Assembly (NCBI GenBank): GCA_002633005.1
Contig: NMRA01000447.1
Coordinates: 219,182-283,181, forward strand
Origin: Phoronis australis
Taxonomy: Eukaryota > Animalia > Phoronida
Reading direction: 5' to 3'
Length of the DNA: 64,000 nt
Part shown: positions 24,921-37,200 of the stretch, one piece after another
Layout of the letters: every line of letters starts with the position of its first letter
How positions within the stretch are numbered: position 1 is the stretch's first letter
Program-made: the position numbers and the translations under genes
The notes under the pieces: generated by a model
Database searches by the model: none
Told to the model about the DNA's origin: nothing
The model's input: only the letters and a program-made list of their open reading frames with translations

Positions 24921-25704
24921 TAAGTAATTGTAAATTTGGAGTTCCGCTAAGTGAAAAGGGCGATCAAAATAGAAATGTCCAACTTTGTCTTTACCAAAAA
25001 ATAACCTAGTTTAGATACGATACGCTGTCTTCAGATTTGCATCAAATGATTAGCGTTTCTTTGTTTCCTGCTCCCATAGGGAACTCAGCGTCCGTTTTTA
25101 TCCTGGGTAGTTTCTTCTGGCAAGGCATAAGTTGTTTGCTGAGGCAATATCCATCACTGAAATCGCTCTCGACAAAATAGTACAGGATGATTCACTGCGT
25201 CACACTTAGCGTTGACTGGGAATGAGTCACTTCTGGAGCGTTTCGGATCTCCGGGAGGCCAAAAAAGGAAACCACCGCTTTCCTCTCAGCTTCATTATCC
25301 GTAAAACCAGGAACAATACATGAAACCGTAGCAGAGTCCAGTGATACACGCAGCGTAAGATCCGATGACGTCAACGCATAGTGTACTCACCTTTCTCACC
25401 GGTTAATGCCATATCTTTCGGCTGCGAATACGAAGTATTGGATACTCACCGACAGGTTTCAGTAGACAGTGAATAAACTGATTTTACTCGTACTTTTCAC
25501 TTGTTCTTGATAAATTTCATCTTGGCAAAAGGGGGGAAAAACAACAGAATAAAGCAATACATATCTGTTTTGCCTATGCTATCATTCTCACAAATCCGGA
25601 GCTATGTTTTGACCAGTAACAGTGTGCTCCACTTGCACAATATAGCAACAGAAATAAGGCAAGATACTGTAAACGTCACAGGCATGTGACGCCGTGTATC
25701 GTTG
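24921..25704. repeat. Near-identical duplicate of 24137-24919 after a single-N gap (probable haplotype overlap)
   Basis: Restarts with TAAGTAATTGTAAA, that is, at the right Kolobok TTAA site. Confidence 0.85.
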
Positions 25705-25884
25705 GCCAAATGGGTATTTGCGGCGTAAAATAATACGCCACAAATAATTACTTTACGCCACAAATAATTACTTTACACCATAAATAATTTCTTTAAGCCT
25801 ATGAATAATTACTTTATGCCTCTAACAAAAATTAATTTACGCACGTAATTTAACGGCGCAACGTTCACCCATTGGCCAACGATA
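25697..25884. mobile_element. MITE with internal 21-22-bp minisatellite
   Basis: TIRs TATCGTTGGCCAAATGGG and CCCATTGGCCAACGATA; internal (TTACGCCACAAATAATTACTT)n, about 5 decaying copies. Confidence 0.7.
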
Positions 25885-26009
25885 AAAAACAACAATTGCA
25901 GGCGGACTGATACACGTTTTACCAGACGTGCGCAGGCCTCGCATGTGGGCCCATTGCACTAATCACCTGGAACTATTTCTATGCTTTATTAATATATGGT
26001 TAAAACCGA

Positions 26010-26123
26010 GCTGAGGAGCTAGAAACCTGGCTCAAGGGTTTAGCAGTGTGACCTGGTGGGTCTAGAACCTACGATTTCGAGTAAAGAAAGCGGGCACTTA
26101 TCAACCAGGCCACACTGCCTTCT
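26010..26123 (-). mobile_element. tRNA-derived SINE-like head
   Basis: Minus strand GGCAGTGTGGCCTGGTTGATAAG (A-box-like) ... GTAGGTTCTAGACCCACCAGG (B-box-like), followed by CCCTTGAGCCAGG. Confidence 0.5.
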
Positions 26124-27948
26124 CAATTGGCCAACGACAGCCGTGCGCTGTTTTCGCCAGTGTTTTCTATGGCATCGGCAAACTCGGCTTGTTTGCATTG
26201 TACACGAATACTAAACATACACGTTACTTAGGCAACAAAAATACCAGTATTGGGCTTCGACAAGACATACAGTTGAAAGCCACCATGAGCTTTGTTCTGG
26301 TGTTAAACATATCATCTTTCTTCCCAGACGAGTTTGGTATTCGAAAGAAATGTCACTGCTTGCAAAGAATCTCACGGATTTCGCTTAACATATGGGCGGC
26401 GCAGCACTGAAAAATTTGGGAGGTTATAGCCCTCCCCGAAGCCCCCTATGGTGCACCGCCCATGTAACAACTACAGTTCCTTGGCGACTAAAACTGGCGC
26501 TACTTCTGAAGCAATAACACCTACCAGTTCTTCTTCATGTCTAGGGGTTGTTGGTTGTCGACACTTTAAAGTAAGTGACCTGAAAGTTGATTTTGTCAGG
26601 GGTGTGATTTTATTGCGCCAGCCCTTTAACTGTTAGAAACAGTAAACCATAAAAAATAACGGTAATATCTTGCACGGCCGTCCACAATCATCAGGCACCA
26701 TAAGACATCTTTGGGTGTATTACATGTATGTACTGAAATTGAAGTCAGTGTGCTGTTATGAACCCTCTCTCCTTCGAGGCCAAGTTGTCAACACGCTTTT
26801 GTGTCTTTTTCAGAAGATTATACCGATTTTTATTGAGTTTAACTGAAAATGACCGTGAATCACATTGGCGTGGGTTTACATGGACTTCCCAATGGCTGTT
26901 AGAAAGAGTAAGGCATCTAAATGAGCAAGACGCAAGTTTTCGATGGGGTTTTCAGATTTTTCAGCCAACACCTTGTTATTAACAGGTTGTAGGTCCAACT
27001 TGCTAACATGTTGGCGAGAGTAATATCTTGCACACGAGTAGTTACGATCGTAAACTTCTGGGCAGAAGATTTGGACGTCTTTCAAGACCTATGCGGTCTA
27101 CTGCCCGCTAGAATGATGTACCTGCCACCGCCACCACCAGCAGCAGTCGAACTCAAAGTGGTTTCAAACAGGTGTCAGGAAAGGTGTGCTTTTCAAGAGG
27201 AATGGCCAGTGCACAAAATGCGTGTTTACGCGAAGAAAACTCGTTTGTTCAGTTCTTACCTCTGAAGACGAACCGTTTTTCCATAAAATGCCATTTAATA
27301 AACTCAAATATGCAGCAACCACTGATCGATAAAAGTAACATATTACTCCTAAACGCTGTTTCTATACAATAGAAAATGATTAAATGCTTTAATTATCATT
27401 ACTAACTGCGTAAATATGGAAATAAGTAAATTTTTATGCTAATAACTCTCCGAATTTTTGAGAGTATAAAGTAATGTAAAATACGGTATTGCAAATAAAC
27501 AGTGTAACAAAAAACATCCAACAAACGTGGTTGTTTGCCTGTTGTATATGTATAAAGAACAACTTAAAAAAACTTCTCCATTCTCCTCAGAATAAATTCA
27601 TTACAAAGATGCTGGAAATCGTTTTTTAAGAAACTCAAGAACTCGTTTGCAATGTGAGAACCCACATAACTCTCTTCGCCACATTAATGTAAAATGGCAT
27701 AGCTAGTACAATTCAGTTTAGTTTTAGTTTTCTCTACTTCAACCCTTCCCAAAGATATAAAAGTTTCGTCTAAGTACACTGTATTTGCGTTTTTGCGTTT
27801 GTCCGTTTCTACGAAAATCTACGCCAACATTTTTGCACCACCAGGCGTTTTTCTAGTTCTCATCCTGAAGTGTGACCAGAACTTAATTAGTATGGTCACC
27901 AGACTACTAACAAAAGGGTGAGTTTTGAGTGAAGTCAAATATGTCTAC

Positions 27949-28452
27949 CTTTGCAGCGCGGGATGAAGACGGGTCCTCTAAGAAAATCCACGCTTTCCCT
28001 TGAAACCTCTTCCACGCAGATGCTCCTGGCTGATTCAGCTCAACAACTGGAGATTTCAATGCTTCGTCCATCTTTAAAAGACTTTGCTTCCTTTGCTTGA
28101 TGGCGTGATAGGTACCCCAACAACACGGCTCTATTTTTCTCTCTTCTAAGCCCCAAAATCTTAATTCATGCTCGAAAACTTGTCCACATGTCCCAGGTGG
28201 CACGTGCAACTCACCGTAACGATAGTAATTAAGTATTGATTTAAAAACTTCCGGGTCGCAATCAAAGAAATATTCTCCTTTCTTAGGACGATAATATTTA
28301 GCAACTGCGCTGTGTTGTGCAAGTTTTGTGCAAGGATGCCTTTGCAGCGTCGCCTTAGTAACTTCAAATCGCACTCCACCAACGTTAAATACTAAAACGG
28401 GTTCTTCCAATTCATCAAATTCATCATCCTTTGCCTTAACAAGTTTTGCCAT
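27949..28452 (-). CDS. Kv channel exon 1 (T1/BTB tetramerization domain)
   Basis: MAKLVK...VFNVGGVRFE...EYFFDCDPEVFKSILNYYRYGELH...CCW...FLEDPSSSRAAK|gtagac. Intact HX5CX20CC zinc motif of non-Shaker Kv channels. The start codon is inferred; the ORF extends to 28659. Confidence 0.92.
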
Positions 28453-29923
28453 GCTGATGTTGTCTCGGATCTGCAGCTTACCAGAAGGTTTGTTATCCGA
28501 TGTAGTCAGTTTCACAGTGATAAATTTAGCAAGACACACCGTATAGTAGGCTATTAGGACGTAGGCCTGCTTTCGATATATTGTTGTGCCATTGATTTTC
28601 CCTTGTGTCGTCGGACCCATTAGCTGAACAAACACCTTCGATAGAGTGTTCTGGGGCATGCAGAATGAGTCAGCAAATAAAACTTAGACACATGCATACA
28701 GTTTCCAGGTATTAGCCTTCAACTCCATCTTAGTACGTGGGCTGTAGGCTATAAGCCGCTCAAATCCCTTTCCCTGACCACTTTGAGGGAGGCAGTTTTG
28801 TTTGATGTTTTTGATAACATAAACCATTAAAGTGAAAAGCTCCCGACTTTAAACGTCCAAATTCCGTGAAATTATCCTTTTAAATTTGGCTGATATTGCA
28901 AATTGGATATAGAAGAGAACGTATTAGAAACTTTGAATTGAATTGTGAATGATGCGCAATGCCACATTTACTATTTCCGCAAGTGGCATCTATTCATAAA
29001 AGCACGCGCATTCTTTTGTTTTTCACATCAGTGTGACGGGACGTTCGTAACTTTACGCTTATTGTTATTCTTATTTATTTGCAAATGTTCAGTTATTCTT
29101 ATGCTAATGTCTTTGATGCGTCTCAGTGCGCCTTTGTTACGTGGGCATGTGGGCGCGACTGTATTTGTCGGGCACTTCGCTAGCGACAGGCTTAAGAGAA
29201 GGGTGTTTCCTTCCTTTGCCTTCATGAAAATTGATCGTTATCATGTGCAATTGAACTGAAACGTATGCCTGGTGAGAGGAAATACACATTTTTGATGTTC
29301 AGTGGAGACTTGCTCTGTTACATTTGGCGCCCAACGTAAATCGAACAAACCAGAACTTTTCTCTGACGACGTCTGTAAAATTATGACCGTGCTACGGCCT
29401 TGCATGGAAAGTTGAAATGCTTGCTGACTTTACAAGATTTATGTCACGACTCGGGTAAGAATTTTCTGGAAAGGACAATGTCTTAATTTGCTACTATCGT
29501 GGTCACAAGTTCGTGGTGGTGTCTGGAACAGATCCTCGTGCTCGCCAAGAACGAAACTTTCTGGACTATGTGTTTGACGACGCCCTATCCTGCAGGAAAC
29601 TGAATTCAGTTGCATTTTGTGTCACTGAAAATGTTTTGTGTTAGTGTTGTTTGACATAAGTTCACTTAATGTGCCTGGTATTGAGAGTTCCTTAATTTCT
29701 TAAGCTAGTATATTTTCATGCTGTAGGTCAAGTTATCTCACATTATTGGGGTGATTCTAAGTTTGTTCATGTTCCTTATATTTCATCCTTTATCATGGAT
29801 TCACTGTGTGACAAATGTGTGATTGTTGGTGACGTACCAGAGTGTGAGGGTGGTGAGTTGTTGAATTTTCTGCCCGCTGAAATTCGCAATGGCGTTAAGC
29901 ATGCTTGGCGAGTTAACTTATCC

Positions 29924-30640
29924 TTTTATTATGCGCCCACATATTTATATGTGGACGCATTATGCCGTCATCTCCGTCCGTCCGTCCGTACGGGCGGCGT
30001 CCGTCCGGCGTCCGGCGTCCGGCGTATGGCGTCCGCTGCTCTATCTCCAAAACCCTTTGACATATGTTCATGAAATTTGGCACATACATGTATGTTCCAT
30101 TCATGAATGGGACGGCATGTGCGAACTTTCGGACGGATCCGACTACCGGTGTGCCCCCTAGTGGCAATTTTAGTTTTTTTACGCCTACCTTTGTATCTTC
30201 AAAAGTCCTGAACGGATTTTCATGAAATTTGGTATGTAAGCACCTATTAGTGAGATGACGCTATCCTCCCGTTTTCAGGGCCCGGTCTCCAATCTTTTTA
30301 CTCGAAATGGAACTCGAAATTAGGTTTGGCATTTTCTACTCTACTTTTGGGCGAAATCAAGATAAGTGTCTATTATTCTATGCTCGAGTACACAATAACT
30401 TACGTAGATAATTTATTGCCCTTAGTTCACAGTTTGTAAACCCAATATTAAAGCAATAAGTTCGAGTTTAAACTCGAAATTTCGAGTTTTTACTCGAGTT
30501 TGTAGCACGAATATAAGGGTCTTCAAGGGCAAACTTGAACTAGAAACTCCTATTTATGAACTATAATGTATTCGAGCACAGTCTGATAACCAATTATCTT
30601 AAGTTTGCACAAAAGGAGCAGAGAAATTGCCAAAAATAGT
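29924..30640 (+). mobile_element. Helentron-associated interspersed element (HINE, DINE-1/pearl-like)
   Basis: T-run, then the hairpin ATGCGCCCACATA...TATGTGGACGCAT, a (CCGT)n/(CGTCCGG)n microsatellite, and two roughly 150-bp core repeats (TATCT..AAAA...TTCATGAAATTTGG). Runs into the gap at 30641. Confidence 0.75.
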
Positions 30641-31274
30641 NACAGCAGCGTAGTTTAATGCACACAAATTACACGTCGTGCAAACCAGTCGGCCATCCCG
30701 TTTACCATCAACAATCCCAGTAGCCTTTGCGCACCCTAATTTCCGGACATGCGCAATCGTTAAATCGATTCGGTTGCAACTCCGCTATTAAAGCACGTGT
30801 TCACATGAGTTCACCGGCTTCGCAAGAGCCTAGCATCTGAGGAACTCAACCCGTTATGAAATGGATTGGGAATTGTGTACTCTAAAAATGTCATGGGCAT
30901 GGACGTAGGTAAAATGACGAATACATGAGTCATCCGCTAGCCACAGCAACCTACTGGATTGCGAGAACAGGTATTAATTGCAATATTAGCGCTGGCTGTT
31001 TCATGAATATTCCTTTATTATCTGATCACATAAATTCTGGAGATTTCGATCCGTTAGAAATTTCCAAGAGTAATCTATTTCTGCCTATATGAATATCAAC
31101 AGTTTTAAGGGTCCATGTACAACAGCAATAGGCAGACGTGTATCATTAGACTGTCTTATATTCGGTATATGACGACTGGTTAGTTGCAGAGTTACTTCAA
31201 TGTTTAGGAAGTAGCTTATATTTTGTTGACTTGTTCAGCTACATTGTATAACTGCTCAATTGTGCTACATTTAG

Positions 31275-34200
31275 AAAGCTGAGTGGAGGTGTGGTACACC
31301 GGGGTGGTATGTAGTGGAGTACAACAACGGAACAGACACCACGTGGGAAACAACCTTCAATATTACATCGAATGATACGTCACTTTACACGACAGCCTGT
31401 ACCACCTGGCGAGTACGAGTCAGGACGTTCAATAAGCACATGTCCAGCCTGTCCTGCGAAAAGAACATCACCAGCCAAAATGAAGGTTATTATCTTGCGC
31501 AGGGTGTTACTGGTTTGAAAATCAAACGTGCCATTGATGAGAACATGCGCAATACTGACGGCATTTTGTTCGTATTGAAATATTCACTTTGTAATCAGAC
31601 ATTGCTATCCCTTAGACGTTTTTTTAATTGCGTCATTAAGGCATCTTCTTGCGTTATTTATTAGAATGAAAACGGAAGTACGATTTGTACTTTCATTCTT
31701 GTCTTTTCGTTATAGGATTCTATTTCTGTATCCAACAGAACTTCAAAACACTGAGGAACCGATTACAACTTTATTAGGAGTTGGGAAACCTTAAAATTGC
31801 TAATTTGAAATGACTTTCGTAGTCATTGCATAAGGTTTGAGTAGGTATGGGAATACTATCCTGTGACGGCCAGTAATGATTTGATATTGATTTTATGATA
31901 GAAAATGCTAGATTAGCTGACCGCTTTTCATAAGAAATCAGGGCGAAGTGGAGCATAATGGTTATGTATAACCCAACGTTCCATGTACATTTTATGCTTT
32001 AAGCATGGTTCTCCGTTAATACGATGATAAGAATTGTTTTAACATGTTCTACTTTTGCATGAGGGGTAATGAATTCAATACTTTGAACCTATAAGCTGCA
32101 TAAAAAGACACGTAATGATAATTAATTACAAATCATTTTAAATGGTCAGAAAAATACAGTTCTACTAGTTTTCAAATTTCAGAAGTATACACTTCCAATA
32201 AAATTAAATACATAAATTTTAAGACACTTCAATAGAGATCGAAATATTTCCAAAATTGGTTTCCCATGGATGTTATCATTAAAAATAAACAGTAATTTAT
32301 GAAAGCGTGTTTTGTAAATGAGTGCATTGATATCACATAAATAATATTCATCATTCATCATGCAGTCATATGTTTGTCATATCAAATGACTCATTGTTAA
32401 AGCCTGAAACTTCGTGACATGTAACTAATGGTCATGCGATGGAACGAATATATGACCTGTGTATGCAAACTGATTATTTCCTATATATTTTTACGGTCGG
32501 TCAGTAAATCACCTGCGACCTCATTGATAGACATGTAAGTCTCTCATAGGGACTCAACTAAGTTCTCTAAGCATACTGCGTATTAGTGGGCGTGCGAAAC
32601 ACCGATGGTCCTATCTTAGGCTGTTTCAGTACCATGGCCATGCCAGTTTTTGGCTTTGATTCAAGTGAACTCTAAAATGAATTTCCAATATTATTGAAAA
32701 TAAGTAGGGATCTTTTCATGCACCGACCCTACGATTAAGTCTCTAATTATTTTGATGGAATTAGGGGCTCATTGTTAAGTTAAATTATTAAAAAATGTCA
32801 TTAGTCATAGAAAAGCTCATAATAGATATACTAGTATAGAAAAAACATTACATCTTAGCCAAAAACACAAAAAAATGCTGAAATGATTCTTAAAGTCACG
32901 TCAGGGTCACTGGTTGCGTTAAACAAACTCAAAATGTTGTCGATGTACACGTCCACGCCGATTTAAGAATTATGTAGTCATGGAGGCTAAAAGCTATTAA
33001 TTTAACAAAAAAGGGGATAATACAACTAGTGAGTTACAGTGAAATATCGTTGTTTACACCAGTATATATTTTACGAAAATCAACCCTATTGAAGTTGTTG
33101 AAAGGAGTCTATTGTTACTATGTATTTAATTCAAGAACTCATGAATCAATCAATCAAATAATCGATCAATCAAATAATCAATCAGTTTCACATGGACATT
33201 GTGAAGTTTAATCCTGTAGACCTGTGAATGCCAGTTTCTGTCGAGGAAATGAAAATAGGCGTATACAATTACCGCAGTTTGTTTTGCATCCGTTCCTTCA
33301 GCCAGAGGATCATATGAGATCCAATACCCTAGACGTAATACATAATAGTGTGCTCTTTTCTAGCACCATCTCAAGTACAGGATCTGGTTATTGAGACTGG
33401 CAGCGTCACCAGCACTTCACTAACCGTTATATGGAAGAAGCCCGAAAGTAATGGGTGTCCCATTGAAGGATATCGGCTCACTTATAGACTCATCGAAGTG
33501 TTGCAGTGCACAGTCGGACACAGTGAAGATGAAGTCACGGAAATTCTTCACACGACAAGAAAGGGTATCACGGGTCTCAAGCCAAACTCAAAATTCGCGA
33601 TAAAGGTTGCTGCTAAAACAAAATTTATGGGTGAAGAAAGGTTGATATACGGAAGTACACTTGAAGATGGTGAGTGCGACTAAAATGCCAAAGAATCGAT
33701 AGCTCGATCTCACGGTCAGAATTTTTGCACATGGTGTGAGACCAATAATCATTACTTTTAAGCAAGTAATAGGTCATTTACACGGATTTTTGCATCGGAT
33801 TTAAACGAGAAATTTTTGCAAAAAAGGTATCAAACGTTTTTGAATAACAGACTGGCCATCAGTGTCGATAACATGTGGAAGAAAAAAAAAAACGACTGCG
33901 GCTTTTCCCCCGTTCGAATTTTGAACCTTTGCAACTGTCATTGGTGTCTCATGTTTTGGTCATCGAATGTTGGAAGCTTTGAAGTTAAGTTTGATCAATG
34001 GTGATGTAGCTCTTGTGGACTTACAAGTATGTAAACCTGGTGTTTAAGATTTTCTCGCCTCACCCCTACTCATCTGGAATGTTCATTCCTTCATGCTCGT
34101 CGTCAGTGTGCTATATTATAAACGTCGCTTAAATTCATTGTTTCTTCTAGTAACAAATAAATAGAGTGACAAGTCTCTTCTGATGGAACTTAAATTAGCC

Positions 34201-37200
34201 CTCAATTGCTACTCTTGTTGTCCCTCTCAGGTAGGGTCTTAGGTAATTAAACTTCTTAGCGTCAGGATTTCCCTTGTAGCTGATCAAGACATCGAATAAC
34301 GACTTCCACGATAGATAATGAAAGGAATCCCCTTCAGTAGAAATTCCTGTAAGTGGGGCAGGTATCCTGCTAGCTTGGATTTGATTAAGTTTGATTTGGG
34401 CTAAATCTACCACATTGGTCGATGTTTGGAGGTTGGGAGAATAGCCGATGATTGTAATAATGGGTTGTCATGTAAGCTTATCTCGGCAATGGCATTCAGA
34501 CGCACTTTGACTCTCGAAAGGCTGCTTTTCAAACGGATGGCCTCACTTAATCACGATGTCCAGTGTCGATTTCTTGAAAACCCAAGAGCTTTTCTGGAAA
34601 AGATATAACTAGATTAACTATGATTACTTACAAAGCTGAATCCGGACCTTGACGAGCGTCTGCTTCTTCGCGTCTCGCTCTCTATCTTTGAGACGTGAAG
34701 TTTGCCTACAAGAACAAGATGTGTGGATTTTATGTCACTCACCTTTTCTACCTGTTCTACGGTCAGATCTTGGAATGAGATTACTTTTTTAAAGCCTGTG
34801 CACGATTAGTTCTAACGTCTATCAACAATACAGTGTTATCAGACTCACCTAGTACCCCCTCAACATGCGAAGCAATATCTTGGAATTTAGAAACACCTAT
34901 TTAAAAACAGTTGACTAATAGACTTTTCAAGTAAAATGCAATAACTGTGAAAAATTTATGTATACCAGTACTATCGACGAGATGTTCACAAGTATTCGTA
35001 AACATATCCTCTAAAACAGCAAATTGATTTCAAACAGCTTGTTATTTAAAATGACTTATTCTTATTAAAATGACATAGGCAAACAATTGAATATCAGGCC
35101 TCAAAAGCGAGGCCTCCTATATTAATATAGAGGGCCTCGCCGAAAGGCTGCCGGAGATCGAGGCCTTCTATATTAATATGAGTGGCCCCGCTCTCCGGCT
35201 GCCTTTCGGAGGCTAATGACGAAATCAGTATTATTGAGAGTTACCAACAGGAGACGATAAGTGCCAACCAGAACAGCATGTTTTACTTTGTTCAAGATTC
35301 TGTTGTCCTGACTCTTTTGAAATAATTTGTGGACGGCAGTTTATGTACAAAGCGCTAGTTTTGGTGAGATTTTTCATTTTCAATATAAAGGCTTGATGTC
35401 CGTCTGTTGAGATAATGTGAGCAATGTCACAATAATCCAAAAATGTAGCCGATTTGGAGCGCATTTCGGTGATTTACGATCTAGTGGGTATTTACTCTCA
35501 CCGCTGTTGCTGCGCCTGGTCTCAAAGTTACAAACACAACAACAATAGCTCAATATTTTCGTGGAAAATGCCAGACTGCGGCTTCCGAAACGGAATAATC
35601 AAACAATTTATCTAAAAAACCACTTCTCAAAGAGAATTAAACTTTGCTTTGGTTAATAGCACTGTAAGCTCGAATCTTCAGGATACAGTGTCCCTAAAAC
35701 TGTGGATAATTTATGTCGTTGCCATTACGGCATGCACTCAAGTGGGCTGCGAACCGAGAAATTATTCACATTTTTTCTACCTTAGAGGTGCAGTTTGGAG
35801 CTGCAGGTGAAAAAATTGACAACGAAATGTGTGTAAATTGGTGCGCTTCTCAAGGCGATGGGTGTCAAGTTGAAGGTTGCGTATGGAATCGTGCTTCTTT
35901 GAACGGTTTTGCCAGCTGCCCCCCGAGAGGTTTGGGGTGCACACTTCAGTGGTTTTGTTTTCAAATGATAACGCTTTCCTTCATTTCCCGAATAAGCGTT
36001 TCTTAATTTTTGCTGCTGCTGTTTCTACAGTGTGTATTTTCAGAGCGGAACATGTAGTCTTACTCGATTTTATGTATCTCACGTAACACGTAATATTAAA
36101 TTATCTTTCCTTGGCTTCCTGCATCACATTTTCGGTTTTGTAGCACCGTCAGGAGCTCTTCAACACGCAAATGTGATTGTTACACAGAATACGTCACTTT
36201 CCTTTTCGTGGAGTGAAGTGGAATGTCTTAAACAAAATGGGAACGTCAGCATCTACAGGTATCAAATACGTAACAGCCACGGTCCATGCGTTGTGGCCAG
36301 TGACTCTGTCAATGAAACGGATAGTCGAGACGTTACTTTCGTCACGCTAACACCTTACACTACGTATGAGTTGAGAGTTCAGGCGATGGTAGGAAAGCTG
36401 GCTGGTCCGTGGACGGTTTGGACTAGCGTGACAACTAACCAAAGTGGTAAGTAGGAATGTCGTCAGTTGGCTGCATAATGTTATGCAAAATTTCCCGCTA
36501 CATAGCGCTGTGGAATTTACCATCCGCAATTCGTAATTCGAATGCTCGTTGATTTCCTTTAATAAAAGAGTTCAAACATGTATCTGTAATAATCCGGTTC
36601 TTGAGCACGCATTTTTTGTTGATTCTTCAAAACTTTTGCAAGATGCAAAGGGTTGAACAATAAACACTCTTGAGTTTGTGTTTTTGAAAGTTCACGCCTA
36701 TAATTCTTTGTCAGTGTTCTTCTTTTATGACCTTGAGATACCAAATTGAATACGTGTCATTTACTGTATTAGGTTAGATCTTTCCATGTGGTTGACTCAG
36801 TTGGACATTTTGATTACAATTTTTAATTACAGAACTAACTGAGGACATAAGCACAAGATTGCAAGCTCATTGTTTGCGTTTACGCAGTGAGAAATGCATG
36901 TACACTGTTTATATGGATGTTATCATTCAATCAAGAAATCCAAAATATCCAATCCTACCTGCTCTTTCTTAAATTTCATGACTGAGTATATTGTATATAA
37001 ACTCACAATGATGATTCAGTCAACTGTGTGCCGTTTTCTTATTAACCAATAATTCCAAGGTCGCCCTCTTCAAGCGTTGAAATTCAAATGTCGTGGATTT
37101 GCCCTGTACATAAAACGCAATATGTTTATGGAATCTTATGTGGGTAGGCTTAAAACTGCGGGAATTAGAAGCTGTTGAATATTGGGACGTGTTTTGGTGT

